Virus record (IMG/VR): IMGVR_UViG_3300045988_009625
Span: 1 to 57,728 of that record
DNA length: 57,728 nt
Strand: one strand, 5' to 3'
From: a virus
Notes under the pieces: model-generated
Database searches by the model: none
Told to the model about the DNA's origin: nothing
Seen by the model: the letters and a program-made list of their open reading frames with translations, nothing else
Part shown: positions 43,357 to 52,510 of the stretch, piece after piece
Position numbering within the stretch: position 1 is the stretch's first letter
How the letters are laid out: every line of letters starts with the position of its first letter
Made by a program: the position numbers and the translations under genes

Positions 43357-44133
43357 ATGAGTTATAATTATCCAACTACAAAAGATAGTTCTCACAATGA
43401 GATTAAAGCACCTATGAACACTAAGAATATTTGCGGCGTAGACTGCTATGAGCAGAATGGCGTTGCTTACTTAAGATTGGAAAATGTTGCTAGAGGACTT
43501 GGTTTCACAAGAATTGCCGCAAGTGGCAATGAAGTTGTCAGGTGGGAAAGAGTAGAACAGTATCTAAGAGATATTGGTTTTTTGCAGGAAGCTGCAAAAA
43601 CCGGCGTACCCACTTGTGGGCACGATGATTTTATCCCGGAAAACATCTTCTACCGACTAGCAATGAAAGCCAAAAATGAAACAGCAGAGAAATTTCAAGC
43701 ATTAGTAGCTGATGAGATTATTCCGTCAATTCGTAAGAATGGAATATATGCTACTGATAATGTTATTGATGAAATACTGAATAATCCAGACTTTGGAATA
43801 GAATTATTAACAAAGTTAAAACAGGAAAGACAAGCAAGAGTTGAAGCAGAAAGAAAGAACGCTATCTTAACACATGTCAATAAGACATATACAATGACAG
43901 AGATTGCTAAGGAACTGAATCTGAAATCTGCTATTCAACTTAACAAGTTACTTGCTGATAAAAAAATCCAATACAGTGTCAATGGAACTTGGGTTCTTTA
44001 CTCGCCATACAGCAGTATGGGATATGAAGAGATTAAGCAAGAAATCCTTGACAATGGTAAGGTTATTTATCACAGGAGAATAACACAGCTTGGAAGAGAA
44101 TTTATACTGCAATTATTCAATGAAGTTGCATAG
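43357..44133 (+). CDS. antirepressor (Bro-N-like N-terminus plus KilA-C/ANT-type C-terminus)
   Basis: ...AYLRLENVARGLGF...IPENIFYRLAMKAKNETAEKFQALVADEIIPSIRKNG... Confidence 0.7.
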   Translation: MSYNYPTTKDSSHNEIKAPMNTKNICGVDCYEQNGVAYLRLENVARGLGFTRIAASGNEVVRWERVEQYLRDIGFLQEAAKTGVPTCGHDDFIPENIFYRLAMKAKNETAEKFQALVADEIIPSIRKNGIYATDNVIDEILNNPDFGIELLTKLKQERQARVEAERKNAILTHVNKTYTMTEIAKELNLKSAIQLNKLLADKKIQYSVNGTWVLYSPYSSMGYEEIKQEILDNGKVIYHRRITQLGREFILQLFNEVA

Positions 44134-44263
44134 ATTTTCTTGAGAATATTAGAATGGCTCAAACAGAAATAAATATAATGGTTGCAAGAAATTTGTAACC
44201 ACATTAAGGAATGTATCAGAAATGGTGCATTCCTTTTTTAATGCCTTGAAAGGGGTGGTTTGA

Positions 44264-44635
44264 TTGATTGACGCAGTTGTGATTGAGGGGGTTAGATTCC
44301 CAGTAGCATATAACGGCTACACATACAGTAGGAATAAGATATGGTCTAAGAACACAGGAAGAAATGATTATGGAGAAATGGTAGGCACAATCGTGGATAT
44401 CAAAGACAAAGTGGAACTTCAATTACCGCCATTAACAGGTGAACAGGCACTATTACTTGATAATGTAGTAAGCGACATAGATAACCCATTCCCAACAGCA
44501 CAAGTCCTATTTTTAGGTGGTACACAAAAGGAAATGACAATATACACAGGAGATGTGACATATCCGTATCTCACAAGGGCAAAGAATGAGGACGGACTTA
44601 TAGTCGGAGCAAAATTAAGTTTAATTCAGAAATAA
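44264..44635 (+). CDS. hypothetical tail protein
   Basis: 123 aa, TTG start after AGGGGTGG. First structural ORF after the island. Confidence 0.5.
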   Translation: MIDAVVIEGVRFPVAYNGYTYSRNKIWSKNTGRNDYGEMVGTIVDIKDKVELQLPPLTGEQALLLDNVVSDIDNPFPTAQVLFLGGTQKEMTIYTGDVTYPYLTRAKNEDGLIVGAKLSLIQK

Positions 44636-44648
44636 AGGAGAGTTACAC

Positions 44649-45032
44649 ATGAAACTTAAAACAAGTGAGTTAATAGACAGATTCCAGAGCTTAAGCAACA
44701 TATCGCATGACAAGACTACAGGCAGAATTGCTATGGCTGTTATGTGTAATATCAAGGCGTTAGAAGAATTATATAAGGCAACATTACAGACTATAGAAGA
44801 TACTAAGGTTAAGTATGCAGATAAGGACGACAGTGGTAATCCAGTTATCAACGATAATCAGTATCAGGTTACATCAGATAACTTAAAGAAACTACAGGAA
44901 GAATTACAGGAAATCAATGAACAGGAGATTGAAGTGCCTGACATGACAATGCTTCCTATGGACGCGTTTGATAAATGTGAAGAAATTACACCAGCTAAAT
45001 TATACTCAATCGAGTTTATGATATCACATTAA
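44649..45032 (+). CDS. hypothetical protein
   Basis: 127-aa ORF, RBS AAAGGAG. Confidence 0.6.
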   Translation: MKLKTSELIDRFQSLSNISHDKTTGRIAMAVMCNIKALEELYKATLQTIEDTKVKYADKDDSGNPVINDNQYQVTSDNLKKLQEELQEINEQEIEVPDMTMLPMDAFDKCEEITPAKLYSIEFMISH

Positions 45033-45055
45033 TTAATCAATAAAGGCGGTGTAGA

Positions 45056-48000
45056 ATGAAGATATTAGACACAGCTATGACGGAAATTGTTAGGGGAAAT
45101 AGTACAAGATACTATTCTAAGTATGTCGTTGATGGAGAAGAACATACCGAAACGCTTAACAATTTCAAGTTCCAAAACATAACAAATCCTAATAACGAAA
45201 TTACGATAGGTAACACTTGCAGTAGCAGTGTTACCTTTTCTATTTATATGCCAACAATAAGCCTCGAAAATAAGGAGATTACCATATTCGAGGGTGTTAA
45301 GGTTGGAGCAGAAATTAAGTATATTAAGTTGGGAATATTTACAGTTACTAAACAGACAAGTGACGGAGAGTATACAAGCTACGAAGCATACGACAGAATG
45401 TATAAGGCTGACATGCCTTACTTCTCGGATATGGCATTTCCTAGCACAGATAAAGCTATTCTTAATGAGATATGTGGCAAGTTAGGCATATCTTTAGCAA
45501 CAAATATAGCCACAGCACATACTATCAACGACAAACCACAAGGATATACTTACAGAGAAATTATCGGTTATATGGCTATGCTACAAGGTTGCAATGCGGT
45601 AATTAATTCTGACGGAAACCTTGAATTAAGGTGGTATAAAGATAGCGGTTATGTACTTGACGGACATAAGTATTATCAGCAGGGCGTTACCTTTACGACA
45701 TCTAAGGATTTCATAATACAAAAACTGACTTGTAATAACACAAAATCCGGCGATAAGGAAACTAGCACGATTACCAGTGGTAGCGGTGCAACAGGACTTA
45801 GCTTTGTTAACCCATTTATGACGCAGGCAATTCTTGATGAAGTCTATAAAAAGATAGGTGGTTTTACATTTAGACCGCTTACAGTTAAGTTTGTCGGTGA
45901 CTACCGACTAGAAGTTGGTGACATTATAACTGTCAACAAGGGTGGCGTTGATTACAAAGTGCCTATAATGCAGATTACGCACGAATGTGACGGCGGCTTA
46001 ATGGATACCGTTACATCTATAGGTCAATCTGACACAGAGAATACAAGCGTTGCTTCTGGTCCTATTACTAAGCAGATGGAACGGTACTATGCCGACTTGA
46101 TACTTGTAAATAAAGCACTTATCAATAAGCTATCTGTTGATGAAGCTGATATCAGATACGCAAGCATTGAAACCTTAAAGGCTGTTAATGCTAATATTGA
46201 TAACCTTAAAACAAATAAATTAGATGCAACATATGCAGATATCATTAATGCTAATGTGGAAAGTCTTAAGGCGGCTAATGCTGAAATTACGCAATTGAAA
46301 GCTAATTCATTAACGGCGGATATAGCAGATTTAAAGTACGCACAAATTGATTTTGCCAATGTCAAAGGACAAGTTGTAACAACATCGCTTATAAAAGATG
46401 GTGCGGTAACAAATGAAAAGGTGCAAAGTCTTTCGGCAAACAAATTGACAGCTGGTATTATTGACGCAAGCAAGATTACAGTTACTAATCTCAATGCTGA
46501 TAATATCACAGTAGGCACAATTAACGGAAAACGCATAGGAACAGGTTCTTTATCTTTGGATAAGTTAGCTGAAGAAGTGCCAACAAAAGAATACTTAGAT
46601 AAAGTGCAGGAGGATTTACAGGGGCAAATTGACGGCAATATTGAGACATTCACAAAGACAGAAATACCTACACTTAATAATGAGCCGGCTGTTAATTGGA
46701 CAGACACAGCTACAAGAAAGAAACATATAGGCGACATCTGTTATGTGGTTAATTCGACTTCAAGTGCAGATGGATATTCATACAGATTTGCCAATACTGG
46801 CACAGAACAAGCACCTGTATATGAATGGGTATTGATTAAGGATAGCGATGTTACTAAGGCATTGCAAGACATTATTAACATCAATGGCGAGATTTCCGGC
46901 ATTAAAAAGTTTGATGTTGAAATCAGCTCATGGAAAACTAATACAGACAGTGAATTATCAAGCCTTAAGACACGAACAACCAGCCTTGAAACTGATATGG
47001 GTAACAAGGTTGATACTACGACATTTAATGAGGTTAAACAGACTGTTGATGAAAATAGTTCTACTATAACCAAAATGTCCGAAACACTTAGCAAAAAAGC
47101 TGATAGTAGTACAGTTACTGCATTGAATAATACGGTTAATAGCATTAAACAGACAACAGACATTAACACATCAAGCATATCAAGTCTTACAACTGTAGTT
47201 GAGAAAAAAGCTAACCAGGATGAAGTTACAAGCATATCTAATAAGCTGACAACTGTTGAGCAGAATCTAAATGGGCTAAAGGTTGATGTTACAAATCAAT
47301 ACCAATATATTGATAATCAGCTCAATGGTAATCATAAGATATATGAGATTGCACATGTGCCAACTAAAGATAATTACCCAGCTAATGAATGGAGCATACA
47401 AGTATATCCAAGTGATGATATGTACCCTAGTGATAGCACATGGGAGTACACAGAAGACGAGTATGAGAAGTATGTTGGAACTATTGCATATTGGAAAGAT
47501 CAGCAAAGGGCATGGAGATTTATTCGGAAGTCTAATGGAACGCATGATTGGGTTGAAATTAGTGCTACAGAAACAACATATCTTCTTAATCAGAACGCTT
47601 CATTAAGAATTGATGTGAGCAATATAAGTACAAGTCTATCTTCTCTTACAACTAATGTTCAGAACAATTACAGTACAACAACGCAGATGAACAATGCTAT
47701 TACACAAGCTATCACAGCAGAAAGCAACAGCATTAAGTTAGAAGTGTCTGGTACTTATGCAACTAAAAAGAGCCTTGAAAGCTATGCTACAACAGCAAGT
47801 CTTGACCTTTATATTAAGAAAGACCCAACGACAGGGGAACTTAAATCTGCAATTGAAGCTATAGCAGACGACATTACACTTAATGCAAGTGGAACAATTA
47901 ACATTAGTGGTAATAAGTCTGTTAATATTAACGGCGACTTGTTCACATTAACGACAACTAATACCACTATTTCAGCAGATGGAACAATCACATGTAAAAA

Positions 48001-48493
48001 ATTAAATGCTAAAGGTAGCACAATAGGCGGATACACAATTAATGATTATACTTTAGTGGGTGAACAAGTTGGAATAAGTAGTAAAAGCGGATATGCTTGG
48101 GCGTTTTGGGCTGGTTCTGATACACCAGAAAATTCTGTGTTTAAGGTAGGACATGATGGTAGCTTGTATGCAAAATCAGCTCATATTACCGGAGGAGATA
48201 TAGACATTAACACAAGTACATTGAGTACATCTGCAATTAAACTGAATTACAACAGTAGACATGCTAAAATGTCTCCTTACCAAATAAGTTATACATCAGA
48301 TGAATATGAATCATTTATGGATGCAGACGGCTTCGCAATTTTGGATAAAAGCGGAAATACTATATCTGAATTAAGAGATAAGTCTTTAATGTTAAATCAG
48401 GGAAATTGTTATGTGTATGGATATTATTATATAAGTTCTGGCGGTGCATGGGTTGAACTGTCGGAGTGGATTAAGCAAAAATTAGGTATATAA
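45056..48493 (+). CDS. tail tip / tail fibre protein
   Basis: 1145 aa. N-terminal tail-tip-like domain, long heptad/repeat region (...NANIDNLKTNKLDATYADIINANVESLKAANAEITQLKANSL...) and a C-terminal globular part. Confidence 0.65.
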   Translation: MKILDTAMTEIVRGNSTRYYSKYVVDGEEHTETLNNFKFQNITNPNNEITIGNTCSSSVTFSIYMPTISLENKEITIFEGVKVGAEIKYIKLGIFTVTKQTSDGEYTSYEAYDRMYKADMPYFSDMAFPSTDKAILNEICGKLGISLATNIATAHTINDKPQGYTYREIIGYMAMLQGCNAVINSDGNLELRWYKDSGYVLDGHKYYQQGVTFTTSKDFIIQKLTCNNTKSGDKETSTITSGSGATGLSFVNPFMTQAILDEVYKKIGGFTFRPLTVKFVGDYRLEVGDIITVNKGGVDYKVPIMQITHECDGGLMDTVTSIGQSDTENTSVASGPITKQMERYYADLILVNKALINKLSVDEADIRYASIETLKAVNANIDNLKTNKLDATYADIINANVESLKAANAEITQLKANSLTADIADLKYAQIDFANVKGQVVTTSLIKDGAVTNEKVQSLSANKLTAGIIDASKITVTNLNADNITVGTINGKRIGTGSLSLDKLAEEVPTKEYLDKVQEDLQGQIDGNIETFTKTEIPTLNNEPAVNWTDTATRKKHIGDICYVVNSTSSADGYSYRFANTGTEQAPVYEWVLIKDSDVTKALQDIININGEISGIKKFDVEISSWKTNTDSELSSLKTRTTSLETDMGNKVDTTTFNEVKQTVDENSSTITKMSETLSKKADSSTVTALNNTVNSIKQTTDINTSSISSLTTVVEKKANQDEVTSISNKLTTVEQNLNGLKVDVTNQYQYIDNQLNGNHKIYEIAHVPTKDNYPANEWSIQVYPSDDMYPSDSTWEYTEDEYEKYVGTIAYWKDQQRAWRFIRKSNGTHDWVEISATETTYLLNQNASLRIDVSNISTSLSSLTTNVQNNYSTTTQMNNAITQAITAESNSIKLEVSGTYATKKSLESYATTASLDLYIKKDPTTGELKSAIEAIADDITLNASGTINISGNKSVNINGDLFTLTTTNTTISADGTITCKKLNAKGSTIGGYTINDYTLVGEQVGISSKSGYAWAFWAGSDTPENSVFKVGHDGSLYAKSAHITGGDIDINTSTLSTSAIKLNYNSRHAKMSPYQISYTSDEYESFMDADGFAILDKSGNTISELRDKSLMLNQGNCYVYGYYYISSGGAWVELSEWIKQKLGI

Positions 48494-48523
48494 ACCCGCA
48501 CAGCGGTAGAAAGGAAAAACAAT

Positions 48524-48775
48524 ATGTTAAGTATAACAAGAACAACAAATTTAAGCGGAACATCTGTGATTAACGGTCAATCAGCTATGACAATGTATGC
48601 GGCTATTCCAGAAACTGGTTCATTGACAATTAGTCAGACAATTACTAACAAGGAATTATACCTTGCAAATCAGACACAATGTGATAACGATTATGAGAAT
48701 TTTAAGGCGGAAGTTAATAAGTTGCTAAAGAATGAACAACAGATTACAAATTCAGACACAACAGCAACAGTATAA
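48524..48775 (+). CDS. hypothetical protein
   Basis: 83-aa ORF. Confidence 0.55.
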   Translation: MLSITRTTNLSGTSVINGQSAMTMYAAIPETGSLTISQTITNKELYLANQTQCDNDYENFKAEVNKLLKNEQQITNSDTTATV

Positions 48776-48782
48776 ATTATCA

Positions 48783-48816
48783 AAGAGTGTGGGTTTAAGT
48801 CCGCACTCTTATTTTT
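48783..48816 (+). terminator. intrinsic terminator
   Basis: AAGAGTGTGG-N8-CCGCACTCTT followed by ATTTTT. Confidence 0.7.
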
Positions 48817-48828
48817 AAGGAGGTAAAT

Positions 48829-49419
48829 ATGAGCCTAACCGGTTTTTTTTCGTACAGCCGTGTAAACTGGCAACAATCGCCAAGTAAAAGTACTCCGCTT
48901 AGTGCGGCAAACCTAAATGTAATGGACGCAGGCATTAAGAATAACAATGACATGATTAGCAATATTCGTGACGAGATTACACAATTAAACAGCAATATTG
49001 ACGTTAAAAACTCTTTTTGCAAAAATATTGCAAGTATAAATGGTACTCTTGAAGGTTATGGTTATAATTATTGCTATTATAATAAATCTACCAAAACAGG
49101 GATTTTATACTTTGCTTCAAAAATTGAAACCCAAGATTCTGCACAGAATAATTTTACCGGATATTACGATGTGACAACAGTCCTTAAAAATATGGGTATT
49201 AGCTTTAATAAAGTATTGGAAAGCAATTATACTCCATACGATTCCGCAGGTGCAGTTCGACAAAAGTTGGTTAACTATGGAACAACATTGTTATATAGCT
49301 CTGCAAGTCAACATTATGCTTTTGCTCGATATTATACAAAAGATGGAAAGAAAGGCGCATGGGCAACAAGCGAATTCCAAAAGGGCGATTATATTACAGG
49401 TTCGCTTATATTTAGTTAA
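48829..49419 (+). CDS. hypothetical protein (possible receptor-binding/fibre accessory)
   Basis: 196 aa, RBS AAGGAGG; call is by position. Confidence 0.6.
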   Translation: MSLTGFFSYSRVNWQQSPSKSTPLSAANLNVMDAGIKNNNDMISNIRDEITQLNSNIDVKNSFCKNIASINGTLEGYGYNYCYYNKSTKTGILYFASKIETQDSAQNNFTGYYDVTTVLKNMGISFNKVLESNYTPYDSAGAVRQKLVNYGTTLLYSSASQHYAFARYYTKDGKKGAWATSEFQKGDYITGSLIFS

Positions 49420-49619
49420 GTTTCAGAGGCTGCTTTAGTAATTGCACCGTCGTATTTAATATTATTGCTGTTTAGCCGCGGAATGAGAATAAGACGCAAG
49501 GCATTGACAAAAATTACAGAAGAAGATGTAAGGCATTTTTATTGAACATGACAAACTGCAAGAAGCAATTTGCAAGGTTGGCAGTGCCGCATAACATTAA
49601 CAATATAATATTCGCAATC

Positions 49620-49653
49620 AAGCACCTTAGTGGAAACACTGGGGTGCTTTTTT
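49620..49653 (+). terminator. intrinsic terminator (AAGCACC family)
   Basis: AAGCACC-N16-GGTGCTT followed by TTTT. Confidence 0.7.
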
Positions 49654-49686
49654 GATACACATTTTTCTAGGTTTAGGAGGTAATTT

Positions 49687-50967
49687 ATGAGTAAATTATT
49701 CGGAATTGACACATCAAGATGGCAGGGAGATTTTGATTTCAAAGCTGCAAAGGATAATGAGGGCGTGGATTTTGCAATCATCAAGGCAGGCGGTGCTGAT
49801 GATGGTTTATATGAAGATAGAGAGTTTGAGAACAGCTATAATAAGTTGAAAAGCGCAGGCATCCACAAGGGAGCATATTTCTTCGGTAACGCATTAAGCA
49901 ATGACGAAGCTGTAAATGAAGCCAGATACTTTGCACAGCTCTTAGCAGGCAAATCATTCTGCTATCCAGTATTCTATGATGTTGAAGCAGGCATGGTTAC
50001 TGGCAATGACCTTACGGACATTATTATGGCATTCCTTGATGAAATGAGAAACGCAGGATATAAGAATGTGGGCTTATACTCATATGAGAACTGCATTAAC
50101 AATTATGTAGACATTTCAAGAGTAAAAGAAGCTGGTTATGCCGTTTGGGTAGCAAAGTATTCAGATACAGAACCTAGAATTGCTGTTGATTATGACATAT
50201 GGCAGTTTGGCGGCGGCGTTAATTATCTTAGAGACACACAGATTAACGGACAGACAGTAGACCAGAACTATTGTTACACTGATTATTGCACAGACCATGT
50301 AGTTGAAGACATCACAGTGCCAGACTATGAGCCAGTGCCAGATACTAAGTATCATAAAGGCGATACAGTTAAGGTTATTAACGCTATCCAGTACGATAAT
50401 GGCGAGCCATTCAACACTTACTATGATGAGTACAGCGTTTTATCAGCCAGTGGCAGAAGAGTTGTTATTGGTGTTGGTGGCGTAACTACTGCTGCTATTG
50501 ACGAGGATAACATCAACCTTGTTAAGTGTATTTATGACAATGACAATGATATCAACACAGATACAGTAAGTCGTGGTGACGGCAAGAAAGTCAGAGTACT
50601 TGATAACATTGATTATGACGGCGTGAGATTTGCGACATATTATGATGAATATGATGTAATTGAAGAAAATGGAGACAGAGTTGTTATAGGTATTGGTACA
50701 ACAATCACAGCTGCTGTCAATATTGCTAATCTTGAGTTTATTGGCGGCTCAAGTTCTGATGATACACCTACAGATATCCCATTCAGTAAAGATATTGAAG
50801 AGGGTAGCACAGTAAGATTTGTCGGAAACACAGATTATGACGGCACAGCTATTAAGGCTTGGTTTGATGAATATACAGTATCAGAAAAAAGCGGAGACAG
50901 AGTTGTCCTTGTGCATGACGGAGAATTATTCGCGGCGGTCAATGTAGCCGATTGTGAATTAGTCTAA
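49687..50967 (+). CDS. endolysin: GH25 muramidase plus three C-terminal ~60-aa SH3-like repeats
   Basis: FGIDTSRWQGDFDFKAAKDNEGVDFAIIKAGG...GAYFF, and three repeats of the form G(D/S)xV(K/R)..........YYDEY.V....GDRVVIG......AAV. Confidence 0.85.
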   Translation: MSKLFGIDTSRWQGDFDFKAAKDNEGVDFAIIKAGGADDGLYEDREFENSYNKLKSAGIHKGAYFFGNALSNDEAVNEARYFAQLLAGKSFCYPVFYDVEAGMVTGNDLTDIIMAFLDEMRNAGYKNVGLYSYENCINNYVDISRVKEAGYAVWVAKYSDTEPRIAVDYDIWQFGGGVNYLRDTQINGQTVDQNYCYTDYCTDHVVEDITVPDYEPVPDTKYHKGDTVKVINAIQYDNGEPFNTYYDEYSVLSASGRRVVIGVGGVTTAAIDEDNINLVKCIYDNDNDINTDTVSRGDGKKVRVLDNIDYDGVRFATYYDEYDVIEENGDRVVIGIGTTITAAVNIANLEFIGGSSSDDTPTDIPFSKDIEEGSTVRFVGNTDYDGTAIKAWFDEYTVSEKSGDRVVLVHDGELFAAVNVADCELV

Positions 50968-50980
50968 CCTTAACAAAAAT

Positions 50981-51003
50981 ACCGGGAGTGCAATGCTCCC
51001 GGT
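50981..51003. terminator. hairpin after the endolysin gene (possibly bidirectional)
   Basis: ACCGGGAG-TGCAATG-CTCCCGGT. The T-run is stronger on the minus strand. Confidence 0.5.
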
Positions 51004-51287
51004 AATATCTTAATGAATAAGCACATAGCAAGCATAATACTTACAATTCTCTTTTTCATAGGCAAATCCCCTTTAAATTTAATTTTACTAATCATATCAC
51101 AATATGCATAATTTGTCGAATATTGTCGAAACTTGCGATATTTTTAAGTTGATTTTTATATTATCAGTATTTATAATAATAATTGTCCGAGAGATTCGGA
51201 CGAAATCTTCAAGTTTTGGCTAGGTGGCACTGTTTGATTGGCGTTGGCAGTGTCACCGCTGAAAACTGTTAATCTACTGGGGGTAGA

Positions 51288-51316
51288 TTGACATACAAGA
51301 ACAGATGTTCTATAAT
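51288..51316 (+). promoter_or_regulatory. consensus sigma-70 promoter facing the 3' end of the repressor gene
   Basis: TTGACA (51288-51293), exactly 17 nt, TATAAT (51311-51316). Confidence 0.6.
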
Positions 51317-51360
51317 AACACCATCGCTACCAGTGTTATATCGTGCAATAAGGGGGATAT

Positions 51361-51477
51361 ATGGAGAATGAGGACTATAAACAAAAGATTATCGGATTAA
51401 TAGAAAAAATAGAAAATACAGGTACATTAGAGTACCTGTATTCATTCATAGAAAACTTCTTGAAGAGGTGGGGGTAA
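51361..51477 (+). CDS. tiny protein (38 aa), paralog of 43150-43263
   Basis: RBS AAGGGGG. C-terminal ...LEYLYSFIENFLKRWG. Confidence 0.5.
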   Translation: MENEDYKQKIIGLIEKIENTGTLEYLYSFIENFLKRWG

Positions 51478-51481
51478 AACC

Positions 51482-51853
51482 CTACTTCTTTTCTTTTCGA
51501 GATAACATAACATCTATCATATCTAATATTGTTTCTTTATCTCTTTGCTCTAACATAGAAAACTTCCAAAGTAAATCAATATCTTTTTCAGCTTCTTTTG
51601 AATTATCCTTACGGATTGGTGAAACATCAAATCCCATTAGCCACGCTTCTGACACGTTCAAAGCCATTCCTAAGACAACTAACTTTTCTTGACTAGGTTC
51701 AACTTTTCCTGACACATATTGACTAATATCTGACTTATTCATCTTGATATTGTATTTCTTGCAATAAGGCAATGATAAGTTCAAAATATCAACCTGTTTT
51801 AACTTACGTTCTTTCATTAGCTGTTCAAGCCTATCTGATGTACTTTCTTTCAT
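51482..51853 (-). CDS. CI-like repressor (XRE HTH; no S24 peptidase domain)
   Basis: MKESTSDRLEQLMKERKLKQVDILNL...SDISQYVSGKVEPSQEKLVVLGMALNVSEAWLMG. ATG 51853 follows AAAGGAGGA. Divergent from the cro-like gene. Confidence 0.8.
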   Translation of the reverse strand: MKESTSDRLEQLMKERKLKQVDILNLSLPYCKKYNIKMNKSDISQYVSGKVEPSQEKLVVLGMALNVSEAWLMGFDVSPIRKDNSKEAEKDIDLLWKFSMLEQRDKETILDMIDVMLSRKEKK

Positions 51854-51878
51854 TTTGGTTATCCTCCTTTCTGTTGAT

Positions 51879-51998
51879 AATATAGCATTATTTGAACAAA
51901 AGTTCAAGACGTAAAACTTAAAAAGTAAAAAATATTGAACTTTTTATTGACACATTGGTTTGATAATGATATTATACAATCAGTTCAAAACATTGAAC
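51879..51998. promoter_or_regulatory. divergent switch region: two 16-bp palindromic operators and back-to-back promoters
   Basis: TTGAACaaaaGTTCAA (51892-51907), GTTCAAaacaTTGAAC (51983-51998), half-site TTGAAC at 51935. Rightward TTGACA-17-TATTAT (51947-51975). Leftward TTGAAC-17-TATATT (51907-51879). Confidence 0.7.
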
Positions 51999-52026
51999 TT
52001 AAAATGTAGAAAGGAGAAAAAATAGA

Positions 52027-52251
52027 ATGGCTTTTAATTACAGTAAGTTAAGAGGTCGCATAATTGAAAAGTATGGAAGTCAGACAGACTTTGCTAAGGC
52101 GTTTGGCTGTTCAGACAGGACTTTATCACTTAAAATGACAGGCAAGCGACCTTGGAAACAGGTTGAGATTTTAAAAGCAATTAAATTATTAGATTTATCA
52201 GAAGATGATATACAGGATTATTTTTTTGCTTTAGAAGTTCAAAACATTTAA
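52027..52251 (+). CDS. Cro-like HTH protein
   Basis: ...GSQTDFAKAFGCSDRTLSLKMTGKRPW. First gene of the rightward early operon. Confidence 0.65.
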   Translation: MAFNYSKLRGRIIEKYGSQTDFAKAFGCSDRTLSLKMTGKRPWKQVEILKAIKLLDLSEDDIQDYFFALEVQNI

Positions 52252-52271
52252 CTTTTAGAAAGGAGTAACGA

Positions 52272-52421
52272 GTGGAAAGAGAACTGAAAGAATTAATCCA
52301 GATTGAAAAGAAAAGAAATTCCTTGCTTGAAGAAATCAACCGGTCATTGAAGAAACTTGCAAGCAAGGAAGATAAAGAGTATCAGGGTGAAGTTGGCAAA
52401 TCAGCTTTTAATCTTGATTAA
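52272..52421 (+). CDS. small coiled-coil ORF (49 aa, GTG start)
   Basis: GTG lies 6 nt after AAGGAG. Confidence 0.4.
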   Translation: MERELKELIQIEKKRNSLLEEINRSLKKLASKEDKEYQGEVGKSAFNLD

Positions 52422-52510
52422 GCCAGTTATGATTTTTACAATCTCACCTCTTTTCCCAATAGAATAAGAGGATTATAGCACAAAGTACAAACAGATTAGA
52501 ATTTTTGATA

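Noticed and set aside
27829-48493. Genome-wide stop-codon reassignment (TGA or TAG recoding), suggested by the UCA-anticodon tRNA-like gene.
   Set aside because: TerL, portal, capsid, the 1000-aa TMP and the 1145-aa fibre are all uninterrupted under the standard code. Genes terminate with TAA, TAG and TGA alike. I found no same-frame ORF pairs split by a single stop, apart from the trivial portal/31969 case, which is an intergenic region with a hairpin.
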